Translations under genes and position numbers: made by a program
Part shown: positions 1-8,416 of the stretch, one piece after another
How the letters are laid out: the number at the start of each line of letters is the position of its first letter
Position numbering within the stretch: the first letter of the stretch is position 1
The notes under the pieces: model-generated
The model's input: the letters and a program-made list of their open reading frames with translations, nothing else
Databases searched by the model: none
What the model was told of the DNA's origin: nothing
DNA from: Candidatus Aenigmatarchaeota archaeon
GTDB taxonomy: Archaea > Aenigmatarchaeota > Aenigmatarchaeia > CG10238-14 > SCSR01
Reading direction: 5' to 3'
Assembly: GCA_039090665.1 (NCBI GenBank)
Contig: JAWCSL010000003.1
Span: 1 to 63,499, forward strand
DNA length: 63,499 nucleotides

Positions 1-500
1 ACTTTTTTCATAAGCTCAAGCAATTCATCCAAGCCAGCAAACTGACTTTCTTTTGCCATGGTTTCATAAGCAAGCAAAGTTTTTTTAATTCCTCTTTCTC
101 TTGCTTCTTCCAAAATTTCTTTTGTTATCTCAACCATTTTTTCGAAAGCTTCTTCTCTTGGCAAATTCCCGTAGTAAGCAGCATGTACCACAACAGCCTT
201 GGCTTCCATTCTCTCAGCTCTATCCAAAGACTCCAAAATTCTTTTCTTCGAAGCTTCAACAGTTGTTTTATTGTCTGAAAGCAAGTTTATAAAGTAAGGG
301 GCATGAACAGTAAGACTGATTCCAAGCTCTTTAGCAAACTTTCCAACTTCTTCAGCCTTTTTTTGATCAAGATAAACATTTCTCACAAACTCGATTTCCA
401 TTGCATTTAGCCCAAGCTCAAAAACTTTTTTTATTCCACCTTCAGTTGTTCTATCTTCAGCTACAGTTGGAATTCCAGCAGGACCAAGAAAAATTTTCAT
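1..500 (-). CDS. Endonuclease IV / AP-endonuclease-2 TIM-barrel protein (runs off window start)
   Basis: Manual translation from ATG at 500: MKIFLGPAGIP...NAMEIEFVRNV...LTVHAPYFINL...VVVHAAYY...YETMAK, the archaeal EndoIV-like pattern. Not in ORF track. Confidence 0.85.
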   Translation of the reverse strand, partial: MKIFLGPAGIPTVAEDRTTEGGIKKVFELGLNAMEIEFVRNVYLDQKKAEEVGKFAKELGISLTVHAPYFINLLSDNKTTVEASKKRILESLDRAERMEAKAVVVHAAYYGNLPREEAFEKMVEITKEILEEARERGIKKTLLAYETMAKESQFAGLDELLELMKK

Positions 501-533
501 ATTTTAAGATTTATTTCTAAAAAGAAAAATCTT

Positions 534-689
534 TTAGCCCAGAAGCTTAAGTAATAGCTCTAAGGCTATTATGCTTATAACAATCAAAACCACATGTACA
601 GGTTTTATTTTAAACATTTCTTCTTCTTCATGATATCTTAACAAGCCTCCTGTACCCATAGGCATATAAATGCGATCTCGTTTGGCCAT
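534..689 (-). CDS. secG: Preprotein translocase subunit Sec61beta/SecG
   Basis: Manual translation, 51 aa: MAKRDRIYMPMGTGGLLRYHEEEE...IKPVHVVLIVISIIALELLLKLLG; GGLxRY motif plus one C-terminal TM helix. Confidence 0.85.
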   Translation of the reverse strand: MAKRDRIYMPMGTGGLLRYHEEEEMFKIKPVHVVLIVISIIALELLLKLLG

Positions 690-720
690 AATCTATCTTA
701 CTCCTTTTTAAAAATAAAAA

Positions 721-978
721 GGCGTGCTGGTTGTAGCCCGTCTTTTGTTCCAGGGTAGCATTTGTCTAAGCGTCTCAAACTTGCACCTCATAGGGGGCAC
801 CGATCCGTTTCATCTTTGACAACCTCAACTCAATTTCAATCATCGTTATCGAGGTTGCAAAGTGTCGTTTCTGATATCGGTGCTACCTTCTCAGGTAAGC
901 TTACGCTCCCCTCAAAGGTGGACGGAACTTCCTCAGCCTTTCTTTGATGAAAGGCCGAAGCTACCCAACCAGCTCGCC
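721..978 (-). ncRNA. rnpB: RNase P RNA (compact, 258 nt)
   Basis: Minus strand has GAGGAAGUUCCGUCCAC (CR-I), CAGAAAC (CR-II), UGAAACG (CR-III), UGCAAG, GCUUAGACAAAUG (CR-IV), AACAAAAGACGGGCUAC (CR-V); ends pair as P1 (GGCGAGCUGGUUG / CAACCAGCACGCC). Confidence 0.93.
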
Positions 979-1014
979 TAATAATTTCTAGAGAAACAGT
1001 ATTTATAAAACTTT

Positions 1015-1614
1015 CTATTCTTCTTCAAAATCTTCGATTGTATACTTAAAATCTTTGTCAGATTTTATCTCTTCCCTTTTTTTCAAGATTTCCCTAGCAA
1101 GCAACCACAGTAGTGTTGCCAAAGCTTTTTTGCCTTTATTATTTGAAGGAATCACTAAATCAACATTCTTTGTTTCATTAAAGCTATTGCACACAGCTAT
1201 AACAGGAATTCTTGCCTTAACAGCCTCCTCTAAAGCTTGTTTATCTACCATAGGATCAAGAATGAAAACAGCATCCGCTTCTATGTATTTTTCAAAATAA
1301 GGATTTGTTAGAGTTCCTGGTAAGAACCTTCCAACAAAAGCTTTAGCTTTAATTAGTTCAGCAAATTTTTTCACACCTTTTTGTACAGGACTTTTCTTGC
1401 TAGCTACAACTATATTTTTTGATCGTGCCAAAAAACTTGAAGCAATTCTTATTCTTTCATCAATTTTTCTCAAATTCAAAATAGCTAAACCGTCGGGTCT
1501 AATTTTATAGATGAATTCTTTCATGTCTTTTGTTTTTAATTTCATACCCATATGTATGCCAGAAGCCAAATATTTTTCTCTAGGAATTAAAAGTTTTGAA
1601 GGCATTCTAATCAA
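1015..1614 (-). CDS. rps2: 30S ribosomal protein uS2
   Basis: YLASGIHMG, YKIRPDGL, GRFLPGTLTNP, IPVIAVCNS, IPSNNKG motifs. Confidence 0.96.
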   Translation of the reverse strand: MIRMPSKLLIPREKYLASGIHMGMKLKTKDMKEFIYKIRPDGLAILNLRKIDERIRIASSFLARSKNIVVASKKSPVQKGVKKFAELIKAKAFVGRFLPGTLTNPYFEKYIEADAVFILDPMVDKQALEEAVKARIPVIAVCNSFNETKNVDLVIPSNNKGKKALATLLWLLAREILKKREEIKSDKDFKYTIEDFEEE

Positions 1615-2405
1615 CCTATATAAGTTAATTCTTCTTTTTTTCCAGTTTTTTCGGGCGGTGCTAATAGTTGGCCAAGAGTTCTCCTTTGCGCATCTTCTAC
1701 TTTTTTAATCAACTCTTCCATCTCTTTCACCTTTCTTTCGAGTCTAGAAATATCGATTTTCAAATTCAATATTTTTGTCAAAACATTTAAAATAGCTTCT
1801 GCACCTTTTGGGTCAGGGATAATCGGAAATCCTGGTGTTTCACCAAGCAAACAAACTCCTTTTATTCCCCTGAGTTTACCAAGACCTATAAAAAGGCCTG
1901 AAGCTCCTACTATTGTACCTACTTTATTAACCGATTGAAAATCAATCCCATATTTTTCATACTTTTTTATAAGCTCAGGATCATTTACAGCTCCTACAAC
2001 ATTAGGTTTTTCTTTTTCTTCACCTATACTTAAGCCAGCTAGGGCAAAGATTTCTTTAACTCCAAATTTCTGTATGAAATCAAGAATACTTTCTACAATT
2101 TCATAATGTCCTTCTGGATCTATGCTTTGGCTGTCTCCGATTAAAATGATTAAATCTCTCTGATTTTTTTCTTTAGCTTTCCAATAATAGAATTCGTTCT
2201 TCAATACATGTACCGAAGAATTTTCTTGAAGTAAAACAAAAGGCATGAAGTGAGAAGAAAAAAGCTCGGCAAACTTCTTTGCTTTCAGTTCTTCCACCAA
2301 ATAGCCAGCGGCAATTCTACCTACATTTCCAATTCCAGGCAGACCCTCCACAAATACAGGATTTTTCAACTTTGGTTTTTCAAGTTCAATTATTTTTGTT
2401 ACCAT
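1611..2405 (-). CDS. Proteasome assembly chaperone PAC2 family
   Basis: VEGLPGIGNVGRIAA, GTIVGASGL, CLLGET motifs. CAT at 2403-2405 and TCA at 1611-1613 on the + strand show the gene is on the minus strand (ORF track label is wrong). Confidence 0.92.
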   Translation of the reverse strand: MVTKIIELEKPKLKNPVFVEGLPGIGNVGRIAAGYLVEELKAKKFAELFSSHFMPFVLLQENSSVHVLKNEFYYWKAKEKNQRDLIILIGDSQSIDPEGHYEIVESILDFIQKFGVKEIFALAGLSIGEEKEKPNVVGAVNDPELIKKYEKYGIDFQSVNKVGTIVGASGLFIGLGKLRGIKGVCLLGETPGFPIIPDPKGAEAILNVLTKILNLKIDISRLERKVKEMEELIKKVEDAQRRTLGQLLAPPEKTGKKEELTYIG

Positions 2406-2459
2406 AGGCTCACATATAGATTATCTTCTTTGTCTTTTTATATGTTTCTAAATCAAAAT

Positions 2460-2624
2460 TCATACTAAACCTTTTAATTCTTTGATGGCCTTTCTTCTTA
2501 AATCCCCATACTTATCTTGGGGAGAAAATTTTGGTGGATGAGGAGTAACAGTTTCAGCTCCACATTTTGGACAATTTTTCTTAAAAGTATAATTTTTACA
2601 TGAAAGACATTTCCTCATCTTCAT
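2460..2624 (-). CDS. nop10: H/ACA RNP protein Nop10
   Basis: Manual translation: MKMRKCLSCKNYTFKKNCPKCGAETVTPHPPKFSPQDKYGDLRRK; Zn ribbon plus PPKFSPxDKYG. Confidence 0.95.
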   Translation of the reverse strand: MKMRKCLSCKNYTFKKNCPKCGAETVTPHPPKFSPQDKYGDLRRKAIKELKGLV

Positions 2625-2971
2625 ATAATTTATTTTCAAACTCTAAAATGAAAAACATGAATCCACTACTATTGTTTTTGGGCATAATAGATGCTTGTGG
2701 CGCTTTGTTGATTTATTTTGGTCCAAATTTCCCTATAATTGGTGCTTATACAATTTACTTCGCTTATATGCTTTTGGTTAAAGGAATTTTATCGATTTTC
2801 ACAAGTTTCCCAATAGGAATTTTTGATTGGATGGGAATTCTTGATCTTTTGGCAGGTATAGTTTTGGTTTTGATTTCTTTTGGTGTTAATTTTCAAATAT
2901 TTCATCTCTTTGCAATTCTATACATCTTCAAAGCAGTTTATGTTCTCACGAGAACAATTTTCAACTTTTAA
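2600..2971 (+). CDS. Small four-TM membrane protein with internal repeat (probable start ~2648)
   Basis: Hydrophobic; repeated GIIDACGALL / GILDLLAGIV halves. Confidence 0.6.
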   Translation: MKDISSSSYNLFSNSKMKNMNPLLLFLGIIDACGALLIYFGPNFPIIGAYTIYFAYMLLVKGILSIFTSFPIGIFDWMGILDLLAGIVLVLISFGVNFQIFHLFAILYIFKAVYVLTRTIFNF

Positions 2972-3737
2972 GTAGTTTGATTTTTCCTTCACCACCAAAT
3001 TTTTCAATTTGTTGACATACAGCTTCAAGCTCTTTTATTAGCTTCTTTTCTAAAGATTTAGGGTCTTTGCCTTTAATTTCAATTCTATATTTTGGAGCAG
3101 AAATATACTTAACAGTCCCGCCAGTTTTTTCCTTCAAAGAAGAAAGCAGCTCTTTTATCTTTTTTATTCCATCCTTATCAAAAGATTTCAGTTCAATTTC
3201 AGCTTTAATTTCATATTCTTTTTCTTGAATACTTTCTTCCGCTATTTTAGCTATTGCTTCAGCCCATTCTTTGCTAACACCATTTTTAATCAATTCTTCT
3301 TTACTAGTTTTAGCCACTTCAAAGGCTGTGAATAAGTCACCAAATTTTTCTTGTAGTAAAAAACCAACTTCTTCATAAGCTTGATCCAAATTTTTACCGA
3401 GCTCTTTTGCAGCTTGCTCCAAAAGCTTTTCTGCTCTCTGCTCTTTCCTGAAAGCATTCATCTTTTCTTTTTCATCTTTTTCACTTACTCTTTTTAAACT
3501 CAAGTTCACAAAATTTTTCTGATAATCGATCTTGATAACTTTAGCAACATATTGTTTGTTAATTTTTACAAAATCCCGAATGTCATGAACCCACTTACCA
3601 GCGACTTCTGTCACATGAATCATGCCTTCAACTCCAGGATATTCAACAAGCTTACACCAAGCAGCGTAAGGTGTGAGCTTTTCCACAGTTACCAACACAA
3701 GTTCGCTCCATTGTGGCAAACCTTTCTTCCTTACCAT
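2961..3737 (-). CDS. eif2a: Translation initiation factor aIF2 alpha
   Basis: S1 domain (ELVLVTVEK, EGMIHVTEVA, NLSLKRV); C-terminal YISAPKYRI; usual neighbour of nop10-PAC2. Confidence 0.95.
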   Translation of the reverse strand: MVRKKGLPQWSELVLVTVEKLTPYAAWCKLVEYPGVEGMIHVTEVAGKWVHDIRDFVKINKQYVAKVIKIDYQKNFVNLSLKRVSEKDEKEKMNAFRKEQRAEKLLEQAAKELGKNLDQAYEEVGFLLQEKFGDLFTAFEVAKTSKEELIKNGVSKEWAEAIAKIAEESIQEKEYEIKAEIELKSFDKDGIKKIKELLSSLKEKTGGTVKYISAPKYRIEIKGKDPKSLEKKLIKELEAVCQQIEKFGGEGKIKLLKS

Positions 3738-3868
3738 ACTAATACTAAATAAAACAAACTAATTAAAGTTTGTTGTTTAATTAGCCGGATAGTTTATCTC
3801 TATACATTAGGTGTAGAAAGATACCGCCATAACTTTTTCTCTATCAGTCTTTTTTTGTAGTTTTAGAG

Positions 3869-3954
3869 TGCAGGGGGTGGGATTCGAACCCACGTAGGCA
3901 CTAAGCCACGAGGTCCTAAGCCTCGCGCGATTGACCAGACTACGCGACCCCTGC
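3869..3954 (-). tRNA. tRNA-Leu(UAG)
   Basis: Cloverleaf, stem CGAGG/CCTCG, loop CTTAGGA, long variable arm, TTCGAAT T-loop. Confidence 0.95.
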
Positions 3955-4025
3955 AATATTTGAGATAAGTTTTCTAGAAATTAAATCTTTGATGTTTTTT
4001 TATTCTAAAAGCGAAAAGCCTATTT

Positions 4026-5018
4026 ATGAAGAAATTAATCAAAATTCCAAAAGATGCAGAAATTCCCTTGATAGGCTTAGTCCAAATTGGAATAATTGAT
4101 AGGGGCACGAATCTTTTGCAAATAAGACCAACTTCCATTTGCAACTTGAACTGTATTTTCTGCAGTACAGACGCCGGACCATTTTCAAAATATCATGTTT
4201 GCGAATATCTTATTGAAAACCAGTACTTGATAGATTGGTTGAAAGAAGTGATAAAATTTAAAGGAAGAATTCATGCTTTTTTAGATTCTGTTGGCGAAAC
4301 TTTAACACATCCAAAAATTCTTGATTTGATCTCAGAAATTTCTCAGCTCGAAGGAATAGAAACTGTGGCAATAGAAACAAACGGAACTTTGTTAAATGAA
4401 GAAATAGTTAAAGAAATGGAAGAATTGAAATTAGCAAGAATAAATCTTTCTCTTCATGCTTTAGATGAAGAGTTGAATAAAAAACTAGTTGGTTGTAAAG
4501 AATACAACACTGAAAGAATTTTGGAACTAATTAAATTCATTTCTGATAGCAAAATTGATTTAACTTTGACTCCAGTTTGGGTTCCTGGACTGAATGATCA
4601 AGAGATTCCAAAAATTATAGAGTTTGCTAAAAAAACAATTAGGAACAAAAAGTATCCGATATTGGGGATACAAAAGTACGAGAGCCATAAATTTGGAAGA
4701 AAGCCAAAAAATGTGAAACAAATTTCTTGGTTCAACTTTTACAAACAACTTGAAAAATGGGAGAAAGAGTTTGGCGTCAAACTTAAGCTTCAACCATCGG
4801 ATTTTAATATAAAGAAAACTAATTGGCTACCGATTCAATTCAAGGTTGGAGAGAAAGTTTTGGTTGAACTTAAAACTCAAGGCTGGATGGAAAATGAAAT
4901 GATAGGAGTTGCAAAACAAAGAAGTATAACTGTTGTGGATTGTAAAGAAAGTTCAGGTAAGCTTATCAAAGTAAAAATTTTAAGAAATAAAGACAACATC
5001 TACATAGCTAGAAAATGA
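4026..5018 (+). CDS. Radical SAM protein with C-terminal TRAM-like domain
   Basis: CNLNCIFC motif; IDRGTNLLQIRP N-terminus; beta-barrel-like C-terminus. Confidence 0.88.
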   Translation: MKKLIKIPKDAEIPLIGLVQIGIIDRGTNLLQIRPTSICNLNCIFCSTDAGPFSKYHVCEYLIENQYLIDWLKEVIKFKGRIHAFLDSVGETLTHPKILDLISEISQLEGIETVAIETNGTLLNEEIVKEMEELKLARINLSLHALDEELNKKLVGCKEYNTERILELIKFISDSKIDLTLTPVWVPGLNDQEIPKIIEFAKKTIRNKKYPILGIQKYESHKFGRKPKNVKQISWFNFYKQLEKWEKEFGVKLKLQPSDFNIKKTNWLPIQFKVGEKVLVELKTQGWMENEMIGVAKQRSITVVDCKESSGKLIKVKILRNKDNIYIARK

Positions 5019-5638
5019 GAAAGAAAGAACTAGAACTCATTTTAGAAAAACTCAAGCCCTTGGAAAAACCGAAGATAAGTTTAGAACAATATACGATACC
5101 AGCAGATTTGGCAGCAGAAATTTTGAATATTGCTTTTTTGTCGGGTGATATTGAGAATAAAAAGGTTGCTGATTTCGGATGTGGAAGCGGAAGACTTGCA
5201 ATAGGAGCAGCTTTGCTTGGTGCCAAAGAAGTGGTGGGAATAGATATTGATGAAGATGCGGTAAAGCAAGCGAAAGAAAATTTGAGAATCGCTGAAGGAT
5301 TAGTTGGAAGAAAGCTGAAAGTGAAATTCTTCTGTCATGACATAACAAAATGGAGAGGAAAATATGATACCGTGATACAAAACCCACCTTTTGGGATAAA
5401 AGGAATTTACAATGATAGAATATTTCTGGAAAAAGCATTGAATTCTGCTAAAAGAATTTATTCTCTACATAGGAACGGAAGAAAAGAAACACGAAATTTC
5501 ATAATCAAATTTGTTTCTGATAGAGGAGGTAAAATTGAAAATGTAATCAAGTTTAAATTTCTCTTACCCCATCTCTTTAAGTTTCATAGGAAACCAAAGC
5601 TGAGATTTGATATTGATCTTTATATAATAGGTCATTAA
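5015..5638 (+). CDS. METTL5-like N6-adenine RNA methyltransferase
   Basis: LEQYTIP, DFGCGSG, NPPFG motifs. Confidence 0.9.
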   Translation: MRKKELELILEKLKPLEKPKISLEQYTIPADLAAEILNIAFLSGDIENKKVADFGCGSGRLAIGAALLGAKEVVGIDIDEDAVKQAKENLRIAEGLVGRKLKVKFFCHDITKWRGKYDTVIQNPPFGIKGIYNDRIFLEKALNSAKRIYSLHRNGRKETRNFIIKFVSDRGGKIENVIKFKFLLPHLFKFHRKPKLRFDIDLYIIGH

Positions 5639-5813
5639 ATTCTCTATAAATTTTACATCCACCATAAACTCTTAGCCCAAAAAAAATGCGGTGAAGAAGA
5701 TAAGTACATTTTTGGTTACATGTTGTATAGAAATAAGGACAAATACCAAAAATTTTGTTCATTTTTTCCTTTGCCAATTCACACACCTATGGATTTTTTT
5801 GTAGATAAGCTTG

Positions 5814-5888
5814 TGCCCCCACTGGGATTTGAACCCAGGTTTCAAGCCCGAGAAGCTCGTGTCCTTGACCGGGCTAGACGATGGGGGC
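5814..5888 (-). tRNA. tRNA-Glu(CUC)
   Basis: Acceptor GCCCCCA/TGGGGGC, stem CGAGC/GCTTG, loop TTCTCGG. Confidence 0.9.
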
Positions 5889-5947
5889 AATACTTCCTAT
5901 TAAAATTTCTTTTCAAGATTAAAAATTAATGGGTGCCAACTTAAACT

Positions 5948-6211
5948 TCACTCAAGGATTTTGTAAACAGAATCTCCTTCTCTGACTTTATCAATTACTT
6001 TCAAGCCAATTGCATCTCCTGCTTTTGCTTTTGTGATTTTCTTGTGCTCAATTTCCATACTATCAACAGTTTGTTGGAAGTTTGTTACATTACCTTCTAT
6101 TGAAATTTTGTCACCGACTGAAATTTCATCCAACACTTCAACTACAGCAACCCCAATCTTTCCATAGTAATGAGTGATTTTTCCAACCAACTTTTTTTCT
6201 TGATCTGCCAT
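5948..6211 (-). CDS. Small EF-Tu-domain-II-like beta-barrel protein
   Basis: VGKITHYYGKIGVAVV...QTVDSMEIEH...GDAIGLKV...REGDSVY pattern. Confidence 0.75.
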   Translation of the reverse strand: MADQEKKLVGKITHYYGKIGVAVVEVLDEISVGDKISIEGNVTNFQQTVDSMEIEHKKITKAKAGDAIGLKVIDKVREGDSVYKILE

Positions 6212-6247
6212 AATTTTACCTTTAGCTAACTACTATTTAAATCTTTA

Positions 6248-6333
6248 TGGGCCTGGAGGGATTCGAACCCTCAACCCGAGGTTTCTTCAAAAAACCGAAG
6301 CCTCGTCGGATATCCAAGTTTCCACACAGGCCC
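6248..6333 (-). tRNA. tRNA-Arg(UCG) with 12-nt intron at 37/38
   Basis: Stem CGAGG/CCTCG; CT-TCG-G, intron TTTTTTGAAGAA; BHB central helix CTTC/GAAG. Confidence 0.9.
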
Positions 6334-6422
6334 AATTAAATAAATTGCTTTTTTGTTTAAAATAAGACTAAGAAGGGAAAACCAATTTACAAAAAATATA
6401 AAAAAAGAAAAAGAAGAGGGAC

Positions 6423-6506
6423 TCAGAATTCTTCTGACTCCCCTTCTCCTATAAAAAGTTCTTCGTCTTCAAAAGGATCCCACTGGTCTTCGTTTTCTTC
6501 TTCCAT
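6423..6506 (-). CDS. Very acidic 27-aa peptide downstream of ftsZ
   Basis: MEEENEDQWDPFEDEELFIGEGESEEF with a purine-rich GGGGAGGGAG SD-like sequence just upstream. Confidence 0.5.
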   Translation of the reverse strand: MEEENEDQWDPFEDEELFIGEGESEEF

Positions 6507-6616
6507 CTAAGCTCCCTCCCCTACAAACCCATTTCTTCCAAGGTCCAGAGTGTGAAACACGAGGCTATTTGAAAGAAAGAAATTTACCTGAATGAAGTGG
6601 GTTTGCTTCGGTGTGC

Positions 6617-7783
6617 TTACCTTATGATGTCGATGCCCAAAGTTTGACTGATTTCTCTGGTTACAGGTGTCTCATGGCTAACTGGGCCTAGTATATATGG
6701 AGACTTCACTCCTGTAACTATAACTATCACTTGAACTCTTCCTTCAAACTCTGGCAAAATTCTTGCTCCCCAGAAGACTTGTGCTGAAGGATCTAGATAT
6801 TGAGATACAGTTTCGCCAATCAAGTTTACTTCATCTAATCTTAGATCTGGTCCACCTGTTATGTGAACTAGAGCACCTTGAGCTCCTGTGTAGTCTACTT
6901 CTAGTAACGGATTCTCTAAAGCTCTAGTTATAGCATCTCTAGCTCTATCAGAGCTGTTACTTTCTCCTACTCCAATTGCTGCAACTCCCCCACCTGTATG
7001 CATCACAGACTTCACATCCGCATAATCTAGGTTAACGAGCGACGGTAAAGTTATGGTTTCAGTTATTCCCTTGACCATAGAAGCTATAAGCTCATCTGCT
7101 ACTGCAAAAGCTTGCTGAATAGAAAGATTGCCCGCATACTTTAGCAACTTATCATTCTCTATTACTATAACAGTATCACAAACTTGTCTTAGCCTTGCAA
7201 GACCATCTTCAGCTTTAGCAACTCTTGCTCCTTCTAGTTTGAATGGCATGGTTGCAACAGCTATTACTATTGCTCCCATTGATTTTGCTAGCTCACAAAC
7301 AACTGGTATGCTTCCAGTTCCTGTTCCTTTTCCAAGACCTGCTATTGCAAATAGAAGATCAACCCCTTCTATTGCTTCTTTAATTTCATTTCTACTTTCT
7401 TCAGCAGCTTTCCTTCCAACTTCTGGATAACCTCCACAGCCTAGACCTTTGGTCAATTCCTTCCCGATTAATATTTTTTTGTCAGCTTTTGTCACGGCCA
7501 AAGCTTTAGCATCGGTATTTAAAGCTATTGTAGTAGCACCTTCAATTCCCATTTCTGTCAATCTTGTGACTGCATTACATCCTGCACCTCCACATCCGAC
7601 TACAGCAATCTTTGCTTTTCTTACAGAAAAGCCAAACTCTTGTTCAGCAAGTTTGTAATAATCAACATTACTGAAAGTCGCTCCGCTTGTTGGCTCAAGT
7701 CTGAATCTTGTTTCTGGTCTGTCTTCCCTTTGACTGCCAGTCGTTCTTGCTAGTGCACTTTTAATGAGCGAATCCATCGGCAT
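6617..7783 (-). CDS. ftsZ: Cell division protein FtsZ
   Basis: VVGCGGAGCN, ALNTD, GKGTGTG signature variant, NLDYADV T7 loop, C-terminal LGIDII. Confidence 0.96.
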   Translation of the reverse strand: MPMDSLIKSALARTTGSQREDRPETRFRLEPTSGATFSNVDYYKLAEQEFGFSVRKAKIAVVGCGGAGCNAVTRLTEMGIEGATTIALNTDAKALAVTKADKKILIGKELTKGLGCGGYPEVGRKAAEESRNEIKEAIEGVDLLFAIAGLGKGTGTGSIPVVCELAKSMGAIVIAVATMPFKLEGARVAKAEDGLARLRQVCDTVIVIENDKLLKYAGNLSIQQAFAVADELIASMVKGITETITLPSLVNLDYADVKSVMHTGGGVAAIGVGESNSSDRARDAITRALENPLLEVDYTGAQGALVHITGGPDLRLDEVNLIGETVSQYLDPSAQVFWGARILPEFEGRVQVIVIVTGVKSPYILGPVSHETPVTREISQTLGIDIIR

Positions 7784-7899
7784 TTTCCTCCTCCTATATT
7801 CGACAAAATATATTTTGTCTCATCGAAAACCCTTTATTAAGGGTTTTCAATATTCTTCTTTAGAAATAGGTTGTGTATAAATTACACTGCCTAAATCAA

Positions 7900-7932
7900 G
7901 ACCCGAATTCTGGACCCGAACTTAGACCCGAA
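7900..7932. repeat. Three direct GACCCGAA repeats upstream of ftsZ
   Basis: GACCCGAA at 7900, 7913 and 7925 in AT-rich intergenic DNA. Confidence 0.8.
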
Positions 7933-8318
7933 CTAAACAAAATTTTAACAAACTCTGTGTAAATTTTTTATTAAAATTTTATTTAAAAGCATTTTTTATG
8001 TTTAAAATATATGATGAAAATTGTATGATAGTGAATTTAAATCGTGCAAACTATTTTTTTCTTTATATATCTTTTAAATCAACATCAGTTATATCACAAA
8101 AATTTTCTAGTTTCTCTTTTTATTTTTGTCAAATAAATCTTCCAAAGCACAACGTGCAATCAAAAATTTTAAAAAATCATGATTTCTTACACTTGAACCT
8201 AACTTAACAAAAATTTTCCTCAAGTTGAGACAGTCTTAATGGATAACTTCTATACAAAATTTTAATTATTCTTGTGCTGTAATCAATTTCTTTCACAATA
8301 GGAAACAAAAAAATTAAG

Positions 8319-8404
8319 CGCCCTCGGTGGGATTCGAACCCACGACCTACCGGTTAACAGCTTCACCCTATTCGTCGGGTGCTCTACCACTGAGCTACGA
8401 GGGC
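8319..8404 (-). tRNA. tRNA-Asn(GUU) with 14-nt non-canonical intron at 30/31
   Basis: Loop CTGTTAA, G73; removing ACGAATAGGGTGAA (8362-8375) restores a 72-nt cloverleaf; BHB central helix CACC/GGTG with 3-nt bulges. Confidence 0.9.
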
Positions 8405-8416
8405 ATTTTTCAATAA

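Noticed and set aside
1611-2405. ORF track lists this ORF on the + strand
   Set aside because: The listed protein is the reverse-complement translation (CAT at 2403-2405). This is a labelling issue, not biology.
5577-5786. Minus-strand Cys-containing ORF (CPYF..C...C)
   Set aside because: Overlaps the methyltransferase by 62 nt, and I found no SD or family match; cannot be supported.
6520-6600. Hammerhead ribozyme (CUGAAUGA and GAAAC-like strings)
   Set aside because: The core has an extra base and the required stems do not flank the motifs correctly.
7998-8300. ORFs in the AT-rich gap between ftsZ and tRNA-Asn
   Set aside because: Short, low-complexity frames on both strands with no recognisable motif.
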